This document shows, piece by piece, positions 51,385-60,663 of a DNA stretch of 64,000 bases. How positions within the stretch are numbered: the stretch's first letter is position 1; each line of letters opens with the position of its first letter. A program made the translations under genes and the position numbers. The stretch spans positions 1,216,001 through 1,280,000 of the forward strand of contig OZ245842.1 of the NCBI GenBank assembly GCA_965228895.1, read 5' to 3'. This DNA is from Alphaproteobacteria bacterium (lineage in GTDB: Bacteria > Pseudomonadota > Alphaproteobacteria > SP197). The notes below the pieces were generated by a model. The model saw only the letters and a list, made by a program, of their open reading frames with translations, had not been told where the DNA came from and did not search any database.

Positions 51385-51541
51385 CGCTGGCGGGACTTAC
51401 GATAAGTTGGATTCAATGCGCTCTCGGACGTAGAAGACTGAACCGCAGAACAATAGACCAAAACGACCGGAAATACGACCGAGGCAGCGAGCAGACGAAC
51501 GTTCGATCGCATTGGAACGTGATGACTGTGCGAACGGACCG

Positions 51542-53257
51542 TCAGACTTTCTGATAGACGCGCACGTAGTCGAGCGTGAACTCATAAATGCCGTCGACCT
51601 TGTCGATCTCATCGCCGTTCAAGGCGAGATCGACCAGGATAAAGACCTCTTGTTTGGCCTCAGGCGGCGTCGGGAAACGGGCGAGCTCCAGGTTGTCGAA
51701 ATAGAACTTCACCCACGTCTCATCGATCATCATGCCATAGAGGTGGTACTGATCATCGAACAAGTTCACATCCTGACCCATGCGGCTGGCTTTCAGGCCG
51801 GTGTAGTTCGATACCCAACGGTGACGCTCGGTGCGACCGGCGACGAGGCGCTTGGCGGGCCAATTGTGATAGGCGTGATGGTGGCCTTTGGGATCTGAGT
51901 TATAGCCCTCGTAGACATCCAGCTCTAACCGCGACTCGGTCAACCGGAAGTACTCGTTGACCGACTTGACCCAGAAGGCGGGCCATGCGCCGAAGCCGTT
52001 GCCGGCCGTTGCGCGAGCCCGACATTCAAAGTAGCCATACTTCCAGGTGTTGCCGTGGCCGTTCAGGTTGACCGACGTGAAGATACCCGATGACCAACCG
52101 CGATCGTCTTTTTGCATGCGGATCGTCAGTTCGCTGCCGGATTGAATGAAGGCCGGCGGATCGTCGTCGACACGCGCCATACGCGCGTCGCCCGTGCCGC
52201 GGCCGTGAACCGGTGACCACCATGGTCCGGTGCCGACCACCTCATCGGTAATCGACATCGTCGTGAAGTGATCCTCGAACACCTTCTGATAGCCGGTCAG
52301 ATCGAGGGGTTCCAGGATGGCCTGTTCAAGGGTTTGGCTGACATCGTCGCCATCCCAATAGGTCTTGACCCGGGCCCAGTCTTCTTCGGAGCTTTCGATA
52401 TGAGGCGCTTCTTCATCGGAAGGTTCCCAAACCGGCGGCGCGTCGCGATAGGGATGGTCGACCGGCAACTGCGCTTGGGCGCCGCGTTTCCACATGGCCC
52501 AGCCCATGAACTTCTCGGCTTGCGTCTTCGTCAACTGGTCCTGCAACAAGAACACACAGTCGACGGCCCACGGGATCGAGTTATCGCGGTTGTCGCCGAT
52601 CAGACCAGACTTTTCCCGGTTACTTCGGCCCAGGCAGATGTCCGAACCCGTCTCGATCTCCGGTGCACCATCCAACGATGCGTAGTGAACACCGTCGAAC
52701 CGGCGCGAGACGAGGCAGTGCCAGTCATCCGCTCCGCCTTCGGGAGTCAGTCTGATGTTGTTGCCCGATACCGGATCGGCCCACAGAACCGAAATCGTGC
52801 CCTCTTTGTACGCCACGGCCGGATGACGTGTGTGGACACCACCGAGCCCGTTGATATGAAAGATCGTGCCATCGCGCCGGCCGACTGCCTCCAGGTCGGC
52901 ACGAAACAGAATCACGAGCGCCCGGTGCGCGATGTAGGAACGCTTTTGAAACGGCACGATGAGGTTCTTCTTGCCGCCGGCAAAGGCGATCTCACCCGAC
53001 GCCAGTTTTGTCGGCCTAAGGTCGCTCTCTGGTTGTTCGGCGACCACGCCGCCCATGCGGTCGGTCCACGACGCGACTTGACCTTCCGGCACGTCCTCGG
53101 CGCGCCACGTCAACCACAGCCGCTCGCCGAGCATCTCTGGTTGCCACGGATCGCCAACGGTCGGTTCTTCCTGTGCAAAAGCGCCGGCGGGGCTCAACCC
53201 CAGATACGCCATGGCGGACAGTATTGACCGCCTGGTCACCGAGTATGCGCTGGCCAT
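51542..53257 (-). CDS. Tat-exported GH16 glycoside hydrolase with N-terminal LamG-like module
   Basis: Tat signal TRRSIL..AFA; YGYFECRA, WPAFW, catalytic ELDVYE, FYFDN, DYVRVYQ. Confidence 0.82.
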   Translation of the reverse strand: MASAYSVTRRSILSAMAYLGLSPAGAFAQEEPTVGDPWQPEMLGERLWLTWRAEDVPEGQVASWTDRMGGVVAEQPESDLRPTKLASGEIAFAGGKKNLIVPFQKRSYIAHRALVILFRADLEAVGRRDGTIFHINGLGGVHTRHPAVAYKEGTISVLWADPVSGNNIRLTPEGGADDWHCLVSRRFDGVHYASLDGAPEIETGSDICLGRSNREKSGLIGDNRDNSIPWAVDCVFLLQDQLTKTQAEKFMGWAMWKRGAQAQLPVDHPYRDAPPVWEPSDEEAPHIESSEEDWARVKTYWDGDDVSQTLEQAILEPLDLTGYQKVFEDHFTTMSITDEVVGTGPWWSPVHGRGTGDARMARVDDDPPAFIQSGSELTIRMQKDDRGWSSGIFTSVNLNGHGNTWKYGYFECRARATAGNGFGAWPAFWVKSVNEYFRLTESRLELDVYEGYNSDPKGHHHAYHNWPAKRLVAGRTERHRWVSNYTGLKASRMGQDVNLFDDQYHLYGMMIDETWVKFYFDNLELARFPTPPEAKQEVFILVDLALNGDEIDKVDGIYEFTLDYVRVYQKV

Positions 53258-53420
53258 GGTCGTCCTCAATTGGTCGTGCGCCGGTTCGCCATGTGGATGC
53301 CGACGTTCTCACCACCTCCAGCATGACCAAAAGAGTGCGACGAGAATAGGGCTAGGCCATGGATCTTTCGTAGTGTCAAGCCATGGGCATGTTGGCGTCG
53401 ACGCCCCAAAACCCAGGTGT

Positions 53421-54572
53421 CTAGACGTCCGCCGTCGCCCATTCGCCACCCATGGCGTGCCGCCACAGGTTCTGCAGATGGGCGACCGAATGCTCGCTGC
53501 GGCCGGCATCGGGTTCGTTGCCGTCAGCCATGATGACGCCGCGATCGTAGCCCAAGTTGTGGAGACCGATTTGAACCTCAGTAACCAACACTTTGTCTTC
53601 GGCGAAGGTTGTGGCGCTATGTTCGCCGACAATGCGTTCGCGTTCGCTTTCCTCAACCCAAGGGCCGAAAAACCAATCGATGTGCGCGATGGTTCGTTCC
53701 GGTCCGTCGGGGATGAAGTGAAAGACCACATAGTTCGAACCCGGATTGACCTGGAGCGCGAAGTTGGGCCACAGCACCCAGCTTCGGAACTCATCGGAGT
53801 GCGGGCCGGCTGCGCGATCGATCTGATAGAGCGACACACCGCCTTTAGCCGGACCGGTGGCCTGCCGATGATGGCGTTCGTAAACATCAACCTTGTAGTT
53901 ATCCGCGCTGAGCAGCGCGGTCATCAAGGCCGGGTGCGCATGACAGCAGTGGTAACATTCGGCGTAGTTCTCGAACGCGACCTTCCAGTTGCACGCCATC
54001 TCCGCTGTTGTGCGGTGCGCAAATTCCAATTCATCGAGCCGCGGTGCAAAGCTGATGAGTTCCTGGGCGACACCGGGAAACTCATCGTCAAAGCTGGGCG
54101 CATTGGTATCGAGGTTGACCAGCACGAGTTTGCCGACTTCCTCGATAAGAATTTCCTTCAGCCCGACCCGTGACGCATCGAAGCCCGGCACGTTTTCGGC
54201 ATTGGGTGCGCTACGCAACCGGCCGTCCAGGCCGTAAGCCCAGGCATGATAGGGGCACGTGATGGTAACCTTCAGATTGCCCCTGCCCTTCAGCAAACGG
54301 TGGCCGCGGTGCTGGCATACGTTAAAGAAGCCCCGCAACACGCCATCACGGCCGCGGATGACCGCAACGTCTTGGCCGGCGACGTTCCCGGTCAGGTAGC
54401 TGCCCGCTTCGGCCACGTCCGCGCTGTGACCGACGGGTTGCCAGACCTTGTGGAAGATCCTTTCCAGCTCCTGGGCGTAGATCTCAGGGTCGGTGAAACA
54501 GCGCGACGGCAGCGTCAACTGCGGTTTGGCGTGGTCTGTGTCGTTCGCGATTGATGGAGAATTGGTCGCCAT
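53421..54572 (-). CDS. Rieske non-heme iron oxygenase alpha subunit (CntA/choline-monooxygenase-like)
   Basis: Rieske CQHRGH..CPYHAW; mononuclear site NWKVAFENYAECYHC..H with bridging Glu. Confidence 0.85.
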   Translation of the reverse strand: MATNSPSIANDTDHAKPQLTLPSRCFTDPEIYAQELERIFHKVWQPVGHSADVAEAGSYLTGNVAGQDVAVIRGRDGVLRGFFNVCQHRGHRLLKGRGNLKVTITCPYHAWAYGLDGRLRSAPNAENVPGFDASRVGLKEILIEEVGKLVLVNLDTNAPSFDDEFPGVAQELISFAPRLDELEFAHRTTAEMACNWKVAFENYAECYHCCHAHPALMTALLSADNYKVDVYERHHRQATGPAKGGVSLYQIDRAAGPHSDEFRSWVLWPNFALQVNPGSNYVVFHFIPDGPERTIAHIDWFFGPWVEESERERIVGEHSATTFAEDKVLVTEVQIGLHNLGYDRGVIMADGNEPDAGRSEHSVAHLQNLWRHAMGGEWATADV

Positions 54573-54766
54573 GGTTCCTTGATCCCTTGTCGCTGGACAT
54601 GCACGAACTCAGAGAAACCACTTGACGCGGCGTTTGCTGAACGATCGACCGCATCGCCGGTCACCCAGACCGGTAAACGATCATGATCCAAATCGCCGAC
54701 CCCGTCACCAGCGATCTGTTCTGTGGCAGTTTCACGGAATGCTGGCGGAAACCAGGGCAGAGGTAT

Positions 54767-55474
54767 CTATGACTTGGAGGGTGCGTAGAGCATCTTGAGT
54801 CGGGTTCGCCGCGCATTGGCGATATGGCGCCGGGCTGCCCGCTCCGCCTTGTCACCATCGCGTTTGGCGATTGCGTTGACGATGGCGCGGTGTTCGCTCA
54901 GCGCGGCGTCCGGACGGCCTGTCGCCGCAAAGGTCGTTCCCTTAAGCAGCGCGAGCGCATTTCTAAGGCCGTGCAGTGTCGCGAGCAGATAGCGGTTGCG
55001 TGCGGCATCGTAGATGGCTTCGTGCAGGTCGCGATTGATACGTGCTGCGAGATCGCCGTCATCGCCGGCATCGGCCTGACGGGACAGGATGTCGCGCATG
55101 ACGTCGATTTCCGCATCGTCGGCATGTTGGGCCGCGAAACGCGCGGCGGTACCTTCCAGAACCTCACGCATCGCATAGAGCTCAAGCACCTGGCTACGGT
55201 CGAGCTCCGCCACCACCACGCCGCGCCAAGGCAAAGAGACGACCAAACCTTCCGACTCCAGCCGGCGCAAGGCTTCGCGTACGGGTGTGCGACTGACACC
55301 CAGCCGTGCGGCCACCTCCTGCTCGGTGATGCGGTCACCGGGATTGTAGCGTCCGGTCTGGACGTCATTGCGCAGTGTCTCGCTCACGGCCAGGCCGTGT
55401 GACGCCTGCTTCTTTCCGCGCTTTCTCGGAGCTCTTGCAAGGGTGATGACCTGACTGTTGTCTTGATCAGGCAT
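54767..55474 (-). CDS. GntR (FCD) transcriptional regulator
   Basis: PGDRITEQEVAARLGVSRTPVREALRRL, FCD domain; overlaps the tcuA stop. Confidence 0.9.
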   Translation of the reverse strand: MPDQDNSQVITLARAPRKRGKKQASHGLAVSETLRNDVQTGRYNPGDRITEQEVAARLGVSRTPVREALRRLESEGLVVSLPWRGVVVAELDRSQVLELYAMREVLEGTAARFAAQHADDAEIDVMRDILSRQADAGDDGDLAARINRDLHEAIYDAARNRYLLATLHGLRNALALLKGTTFAATGRPDAALSEHRAIVNAIAKRDGDKAERAARRHIANARRTRLKMLYAPSKS

Positions 55475-56987
55475 CGTGCTGATTCTTGTTTGTTGCCGTG
55501 TCGCCTGCATGGCGACCCGCCGTGTCGCCGGCGAGCCGGCCGAACACCGAGCCGGACATCAAACCGGTTCCGCCTGGGTAGTTGGAATAGAAAATGCCGC
55601 CGACCAGCTCGCCGGCAGCGTGGAGGCCGGGTATCGGCTCAAGGTCCTTGTCGAGAACACGTCCCTGGCTATCGATCCTGAGACCGCCGAACGTGAAGGT
55701 GATGCCGCAGGTGACCGCATAGGCCTCGAACGGCGGCTCATCGATTGTGTTGGCCCAGTTCGACTTTCTGATGGCGAGGCCCTGCGTACCGCGCCCATCT
55801 TTCACGTTTGGGTCAAAGGGAATGTCGGTACGAACAGCCTTATTGTACGCGCTGATCGTGTCCAGCGCGCGTTCGCTGTCGACATCGTCGAGCTTGCGGC
55901 AGAGTTCATCCAGTGTCTCAGCGCTGACCTTGGTGATCTCCTTGATGCGGTATTCCGGCCGCAGCAGGCCGGAGACCTTGGCATCGAAGATTTGCCAGGC
56001 AAACTGGCCCGGTTGTTCCAGGATGACGCGACCGTACTTGGCGTAGGTGTAGTTGCGGAAGTCGGCGCCCTCGTCGACGAACCGTTCGCCACGGGCGTTC
56101 ACCATGATGCCCCAGGGGTAGCTGTGCTTTTGAAAGTGGTCGCCGACTGAGAGGTCGCCGAACTCCGGTGCGTTGCGTTCCCAGCCGACAGCATGACAGC
56201 CCGACCAGTTGCCGTAGGATGCCGCGCCGATTTCCAGCGCCATGCGAATGCCTTCGCCGGTGTTGAAGCGGCTGCCGCGAACCTTGGCGAGATCCCATCC
56301 CGGTCCCAGATAACGCGTGCGCCACGCCGGGTTGGCCTCGAAGCCGCCACAGGCGAGGACCACGGAACGGGCGCGAACGGTTTGGTCGCAGCCATCGCGG
56401 CGTACGATCGCGCCTGTAACGTGACCGTCTTCGACGATCAGACGTTCGACTCTGGCCCGATAGCAAACATCGACGGATGACTGGGCTGCCGCCTGCGTCC
56501 AGGCGTCAAGAAGGCCCGGTCCACCGCCCGATGCCTCGACCGTCAGCCCGCCCCAAAACTTGAAGCGGCCGTCGACCTTGAAAGCCTGACGCCCATAGAT
56601 CGGTGCAAAGCGGATGCCCTTGTCACGCATCCACATCATGGTATCGCGGCTCTTGGTGACCAGGAGTTCGCATAGGTCGGGGTCGGTCCGGTACTCGGTG
56701 ACGCGGTACATGTCGTCGAAGAACTGGTCTTCGGTATAGGTGCCGAAATCCGTCGTCGCGCGCTCGTCGTCGCTGAGGTCAGGCATTAGCGCGATGAGGT
56801 CGTCGACGCCGCGGTAAGCGAACCGGATGGCGCCGGCCGTGAAGCGCGTGTTGCCGCCAGCTTCGTTTTCGGGCGCACGCTCCATCACCGTAACGCGACA
56901 ACCATGTTCACGTGCCGCAAGGGCCGCTGCAAAGGCGGCGTTGCCGGCGCCGACAACAAGAACGTCGGTGTCGGAAGGCAGCGTCAT
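55467..56987 (-). CDS. tcuA: FAD-dependent tricarballylate dehydrogenase TcuA-like flavoprotein
   Basis: VVGAGNAA, GGNTRFTAG, GGFEAN..LGPGWD, VTCGITFTFGGL, NYPGGTGLMSG. Confidence 0.8.
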   Translation of the reverse strand: MTLPSDTDVLVVGAGNAAFAAALAAREHGCRVTVMERAPENEAGGNTRFTAGAIRFAYRGVDDLIALMPDLSDDERATTDFGTYTEDQFFDDMYRVTEYRTDPDLCELLVTKSRDTMMWMRDKGIRFAPIYGRQAFKVDGRFKFWGGLTVEASGGGPGLLDAWTQAAAQSSVDVCYRARVERLIVEDGHVTGAIVRRDGCDQTVRARSVVLACGGFEANPAWRTRYLGPGWDLAKVRGSRFNTGEGIRMALEIGAASYGNWSGCHAVGWERNAPEFGDLSVGDHFQKHSYPWGIMVNARGERFVDEGADFRNYTYAKYGRVILEQPGQFAWQIFDAKVSGLLRPEYRIKEITKVSAETLDELCRKLDDVDSERALDTISAYNKAVRTDIPFDPNVKDGRGTQGLAIRKSNWANTIDEPPFEAYAVTCGITFTFGGLRIDSQGRVLDKDLEPIPGLHAAGELVGGIFYSNYPGGTGLMSGSVFGRLAGDTAGRHAGDTATNKNQHDA

Positions 56988-57521
56988 CGCGGTCGGCAGG
57001 TAGGCAGGAAAGCAACGACAACTCGTTGCGGTTGCGCCGGTTGCGCACAGATCGGAGTCGACACCGGACTTGGTGATGCGCCGGCGCTCATGCCGTGCTT
57101 TTGGAACGCGAATCGCTTCGACAACGGAACCCCACCACGTAACGAATGCAAGTGTATACAATCGTGCTGGCGAAGTTTCAAACACGAATCCTTGGCCACC
57201 TGAGTTGCCACCGAGGGCATAACTCGGCCGTCGATCCAACAAAGGTTGTGGGCAAGACGAGTCACGGCTACGCGAATCGTGGCCGAATCGATCCAAAGAA
57301 ATACGCGTGCCACCTTTAGTATTAAAATCTAGTAACGCTCTCCTTTGGTATATCCACATAAGCCCTGGTTCTAAGCAGGTATTTTTCGCTTACTATTTCT
57401 CATCGCAAACACTTCAAGACCGCTTGCGCGCCGCCGATTCTGGCGGGCCACGGACAAATTCCTGATCGATCGTGGGAACTGCCAGTTGTCTCCGCGGGAC
57501 GATCGGGAGGGGGGCTGATAA

Positions 57522-58721
57522 TTGGAACGCTCTGGCAAAAAACTTGCGTGTTTTAGAACCCATCGTCGGCCTCTGCTCGGCGCAGGACTGCTGGCCTTTG
57601 CCATAACGGCCTACGCCACGTCAGGTGATGCCAATGATTTGCGCCTTTGGGGTGCGTCACCACAGGCGGTCGCCTTTTGCAACTCGATGAGTGCCGAGGA
57701 GCTGCAGAGCGCGATTGATGGCGGCGAGTGTCTCGATTTTGTCAAACGTATCGACATAACCTCATCGCCGGCTGCCGGTTTTGCGGACGCTCCAAGCGCA
57801 GCCGCGGCCACATCACCATCGCACGATGCCGTTGCGGCGCTGTCCAACGATGGACAGAGCGTTGGTGGCGACACCGCATCCGATAGCGTCGCGTCTGACA
57901 CAGACACATCCGACGGCGAGACGGCTACGGCAGATGCGTCGCGTTCCGGCGCGTCCGATTTTGGTCAGCAAGGCAAGAACAGCCGCGACCAGCGGTCTGG
58001 CCCCGAAGGTGGATCTAGCGGTGCCGGTGGTGGTGGCGACGGCAGTGGCGGTGGCGGCGGTGCCGGTGATGGCGGTGGCGCCGGTGATGGCGGCGGTGCT
58101 GGTGATGGCGGTGGCGCCGGTGATGGCGGCGGTGCTGGTGATGGCGGTGGCGCCGGTGATGGCGGCGGCGCCGGTGATGGCGGCGGTGCCGGTGATGGCG
58201 GCGGTGCCGGTGATGGCGGCGGTGCCGGTGATGGCGGCGGCGCTGGTGACGGCGGCGGTGCCGGTGATGGCGGCGGTGCCGGTGATGGCGGCGGTGCCGG
58301 TGATGGCGGCGGTGCCGGCGATGGCGGCGGTGCCGGTGATGGCGGCGGTGCCGGTGATGGCGGCGGCGCAGGCGATGGCGGCGGTGCCGGTGATGGCGGC
58401 GGTGCCGGTGATGGCGGCGGTGCCGGTGATGGCGGCGGTGCCGGTGATGGCGGCGGTGCCGGTGATGGCGGCGGTGCCGGTGATGGCGGCGGTGCCGGTG
58501 ACGGCGGCGGTGCCGGTGATGGCGGCGGTGCCGGTGATGGCGGCGGTGCCGGTGACGGCGGCGGTGCCGGTGATGGCGGCGGCGCTGGTGATGGCGGCGG
58601 CGCTGGTGATGGCGGCGGCGCTGGTGACGGCGGCGGTGCCGGCGATGGCGGCGGTGCCGGCGATGGCGGCGGCGCTGGTGATGGCGGCGGTGCCGGTGAT
58701 GGCGGCGGTGCAGGAAGCTAG
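57522..58721 (+). CDS. Secreted glycine-rich repeat protein
   Basis: GGAGG RBS and TTG start, signal-peptide-like segment, two Cys, acidic Ser/Ala linker, 36 x AGDGGG. Confidence 0.65.
   Translation: MERSGKKLACFRTHRRPLLGAGLLAFAITAYATSGDANDLRLWGASPQAVAFCNSMSAEELQSAIDGGECLDFVKRIDITSSPAAGFADAPSAAAATSPSHDAVAALSNDGQSVGGDTASDSVASDTDTSDGETATADASRSGASDFGQQGKNSRDQRSGPEGGSSGAGGGGDGSGGGGGAGDGGGAGDGGGAGDGGGAGDGGGAGDGGGAGDGGGAGDGGGAGDGGGAGDGGGAGDGGGAGDGGGAGDGGGAGDGGGAGDGGGAGDGGGAGDGGGAGDGGGAGDGGGAGDGGGAGDGGGAGDGGGAGDGGGAGDGGGAGDGGGAGDGGGAGDGGGAGDGGGAGDGGGAGDGGGAGDGGGAGDGGGAGDGGGAGDGGGAGDGGGAGDGGGAGDGGGAGS
58062..58709 (+). repeat. 18-bp tandem repeat x36 (consensus GCCGGTGATGGCGGCGGT)
   Basis: 648 bp; variation confined to third codon positions of the Ala-Gly-Asp-Gly-Gly-Gly frame. 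Confidence 0.93.
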
Positions 58722-58955
58722 TTCCCGCTATAGAATCCCCACGACCGCACATAGGCCACACCTGACGGGCTAGAGCAGCGCCTTGGCCCATGTGATGAAC
58801 TGTGCATGCGCGACAACCTGATGGTCTTGCCAATTCTCCCGCTTCTGAGCGTTCGGCTGTGCACCATCGGAACAAAGCCCGATAGCGTTGCCCCGAAACT
58901 TGATGTCCTGGCCTTAGACTTGAAATAGGCGAGTGTGTACACCATATGTTCCACC

Positions 58956-59132
58956 ATGAGTGAGAAACAAGACCAACGGCAGCCTGATGAGCGGCCGAAG
59001 CTTCGTCGTTGCTTGATGTGCGACACGAGCTTTGAAAGTACGTGGGCCGGTGAGCGGATCTGCGGGCGATGTCGATCGTCCCATAACTGGCGCCACGGAA
59101 TCAGCGCGACAACAAGATCGAGCTTTCAGTAG
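58956..59132 (+). CDS. Small CxxC...CxxC zinc-binding protein
   Basis: RRCLMCDTSFESTWAGERICGRCRS. Confidence 0.65.
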   Translation: MSEKQDQRQPDERPKLRRCLMCDTSFESTWAGERICGRCRSSHNWRHGISATTRSSFQ

Positions 59133-59221
59133 GCCGCCAACTGAGATTGGGCGGTTCGTCATCTGTCGTAACGCACGTGATCGCACTGTGTCGTCGGGCG
59201 CGATGCGTCGACGTTCGCGAC

Positions 59222-60490
59222 TCAGCCAATTGCCAAGATCAATGCGCCGCTGGCGATGACAATGGCAAAAACAACCCCCGTTTTCATGGCCGCTTCCCCC
59301 TTGCCGACTGTGGCAACGATCGCGCCTTTGGCAACCAGGTTTGCCAGCGTCGCCGTCACGATGGCACCAGCCGCCGTCGGGAGTGCGAAATCCTCGGTCT
59401 TCGCGAGCTCTGTCATCGATAGGGTCAAAGCGTCGACGTCAACCAAACCCGATACCAGCGCCACCGCATAGACGGCCTCAGGCCCAAGCCAGGTATGGAC
59501 GACATAGGCCGCCAGCAAAACGCCCGCCAGCAGCGCGCCGAATGTCAAGGCCGTCGCTAGATCGGCGGGGTCACTGACTTCCGCCTCGTGATCTTTCGCC
59601 CCTTTGCTGGTTAGCGCCAATACGATGGCGCCGACCAGGCTGAAGGCCGCCATGACGACAAGGGGCAGGGCGACATGATTGAGCAAACTGGCGTTGAAGA
59701 TCGCGACCAGAATGAGAACGCGAACCAGCATGACCGTGTTGGCGATAGCAATGCCGCTCGCTAAGGCGCCGCCCAGCGCCGGTGTTTGGCGCGCCAGCCG
59801 TGAGAAACTCAATGTCAACGCCGTCGATGAGGCAAGGCCCCCGAGCAGGCCGACGACCAGCAGGCCGAAGCGCGCGCCGACCAGCTTGCAAGCGACATAG
59901 CCTGTGAACGAAAGCGCCGAGATCAGGACAACCATGAGCCAAATCTCAAACGGGTTCAGGACGAGGCCGGGGCCAAATCCTCGGTTCGGCAGCACCGGCA
60001 GCAAGACGATTGTGATGACGAGCAATTGCAGCGCCGCGCCAAGCTCAAACCGGCGTCTTTGTCCTAGCCAGCCATGCAATCCGTGCTTGCCGTGTAGGAA
60101 GGCGACGGCGACCACGGCGACGACGACGGGCAAAAGCATGTCGCCATAGAGAACGAGAGCAGCCAGCGCGAAGGTCAGAAGGGCGGCGACTTCGGTCGTG
60201 ATCCCACGATCCGGAGACGGGCCGGACTTCAGGTCCTGCAGATAGGTGGCGACAACGAGTCCTGCAAACCCCAAAAACGTGAGGCCAAGGGCAATTTCGC
60301 CGGCTATCCGGCCCAACAGGCCACTGACGCCGCCCAAGAGGCCGATCAGCACAAAAGTGCGAATGCCGGCCGTGCGTCGACCGCCATGCTGGTCTCGTGT
60401 CTTCCAGCCACGTTCGATGCCGAACAGAAGCCCTATGCCCAGGGCCAGCGCCATCCGCTGAAACAGTTCGAAGTCTTCGACGAAAGCCAT
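59222..60490 (-). CDS. MgtC/SapB family DUF4010 membrane protein
   Basis: GLLFGIERG, AGIRTF, GITTEVAA, LPVLPN, GGLASSTA, GLVDVDA. Confidence 0.88.
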   Translation of the reverse strand: MAFVEDFELFQRMALALGIGLLFGIERGWKTRDQHGGRRTAGIRTFVLIGLLGGVSGLLGRIAGEIALGLTFLGFAGLVVATYLQDLKSGPSPDRGITTEVAALLTFALAALVLYGDMLLPVVVAVVAVAFLHGKHGLHGWLGQRRRFELGAALQLLVITIVLLPVLPNRGFGPGLVLNPFEIWLMVVLISALSFTGYVACKLVGARFGLLVVGLLGGLASSTALTLSFSRLARQTPALGGALASGIAIANTVMLVRVLILVAIFNASLLNHVALPLVVMAAFSLVGAIVLALTSKGAKDHEAEVSDPADLATALTFGALLAGVLLAAYVVHTWLGPEAVYAVALVSGLVDVDALTLSMTELAKTEDFALPTAAGAIVTATLANLVAKGAIVATVGKGEAAMKTGVVFAIVIASGALILAIG

Positions 60491-60663
60491 CTGCGGCGCT
60501 CCACCCACGGGTGACCGTCGAGCCTGCTCATCATGCCCGCGGAAGGCCAGTCTAATGCCAAGTCATCGTCCGACGACACCATGGTGTGAACCACAGGTAC
60601 TTGCGATCAGTCGGGCGCTGCGGGAAAAGAGGGGCCGAAAACCGGCCAGTCCGTAGGTAGCGT

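Noticed and set aside
57532-57548. Sigma-54 -24/-12 motif CTGGCAAAAAACTTGCG
   Set aside because: Spacing is correct, but it lies inside the RBS-supported 5' end of the Gly-rich ORF with no suitable downstream start before the signal segment; unresolved, so not called.
58062-58709. CRISPR array
   Set aside because: Head-to-tail 18-bp units with no unique spacers and no cas operon.
58015-58875. Minus-strand (RHHRHR)n ORF and plus-strand (PVMAAV)n ORF (57781-58773)
   Set aside because: Shadow frames of the 18-bp repeat; variation is synonymous only in the AGDGGG frame.
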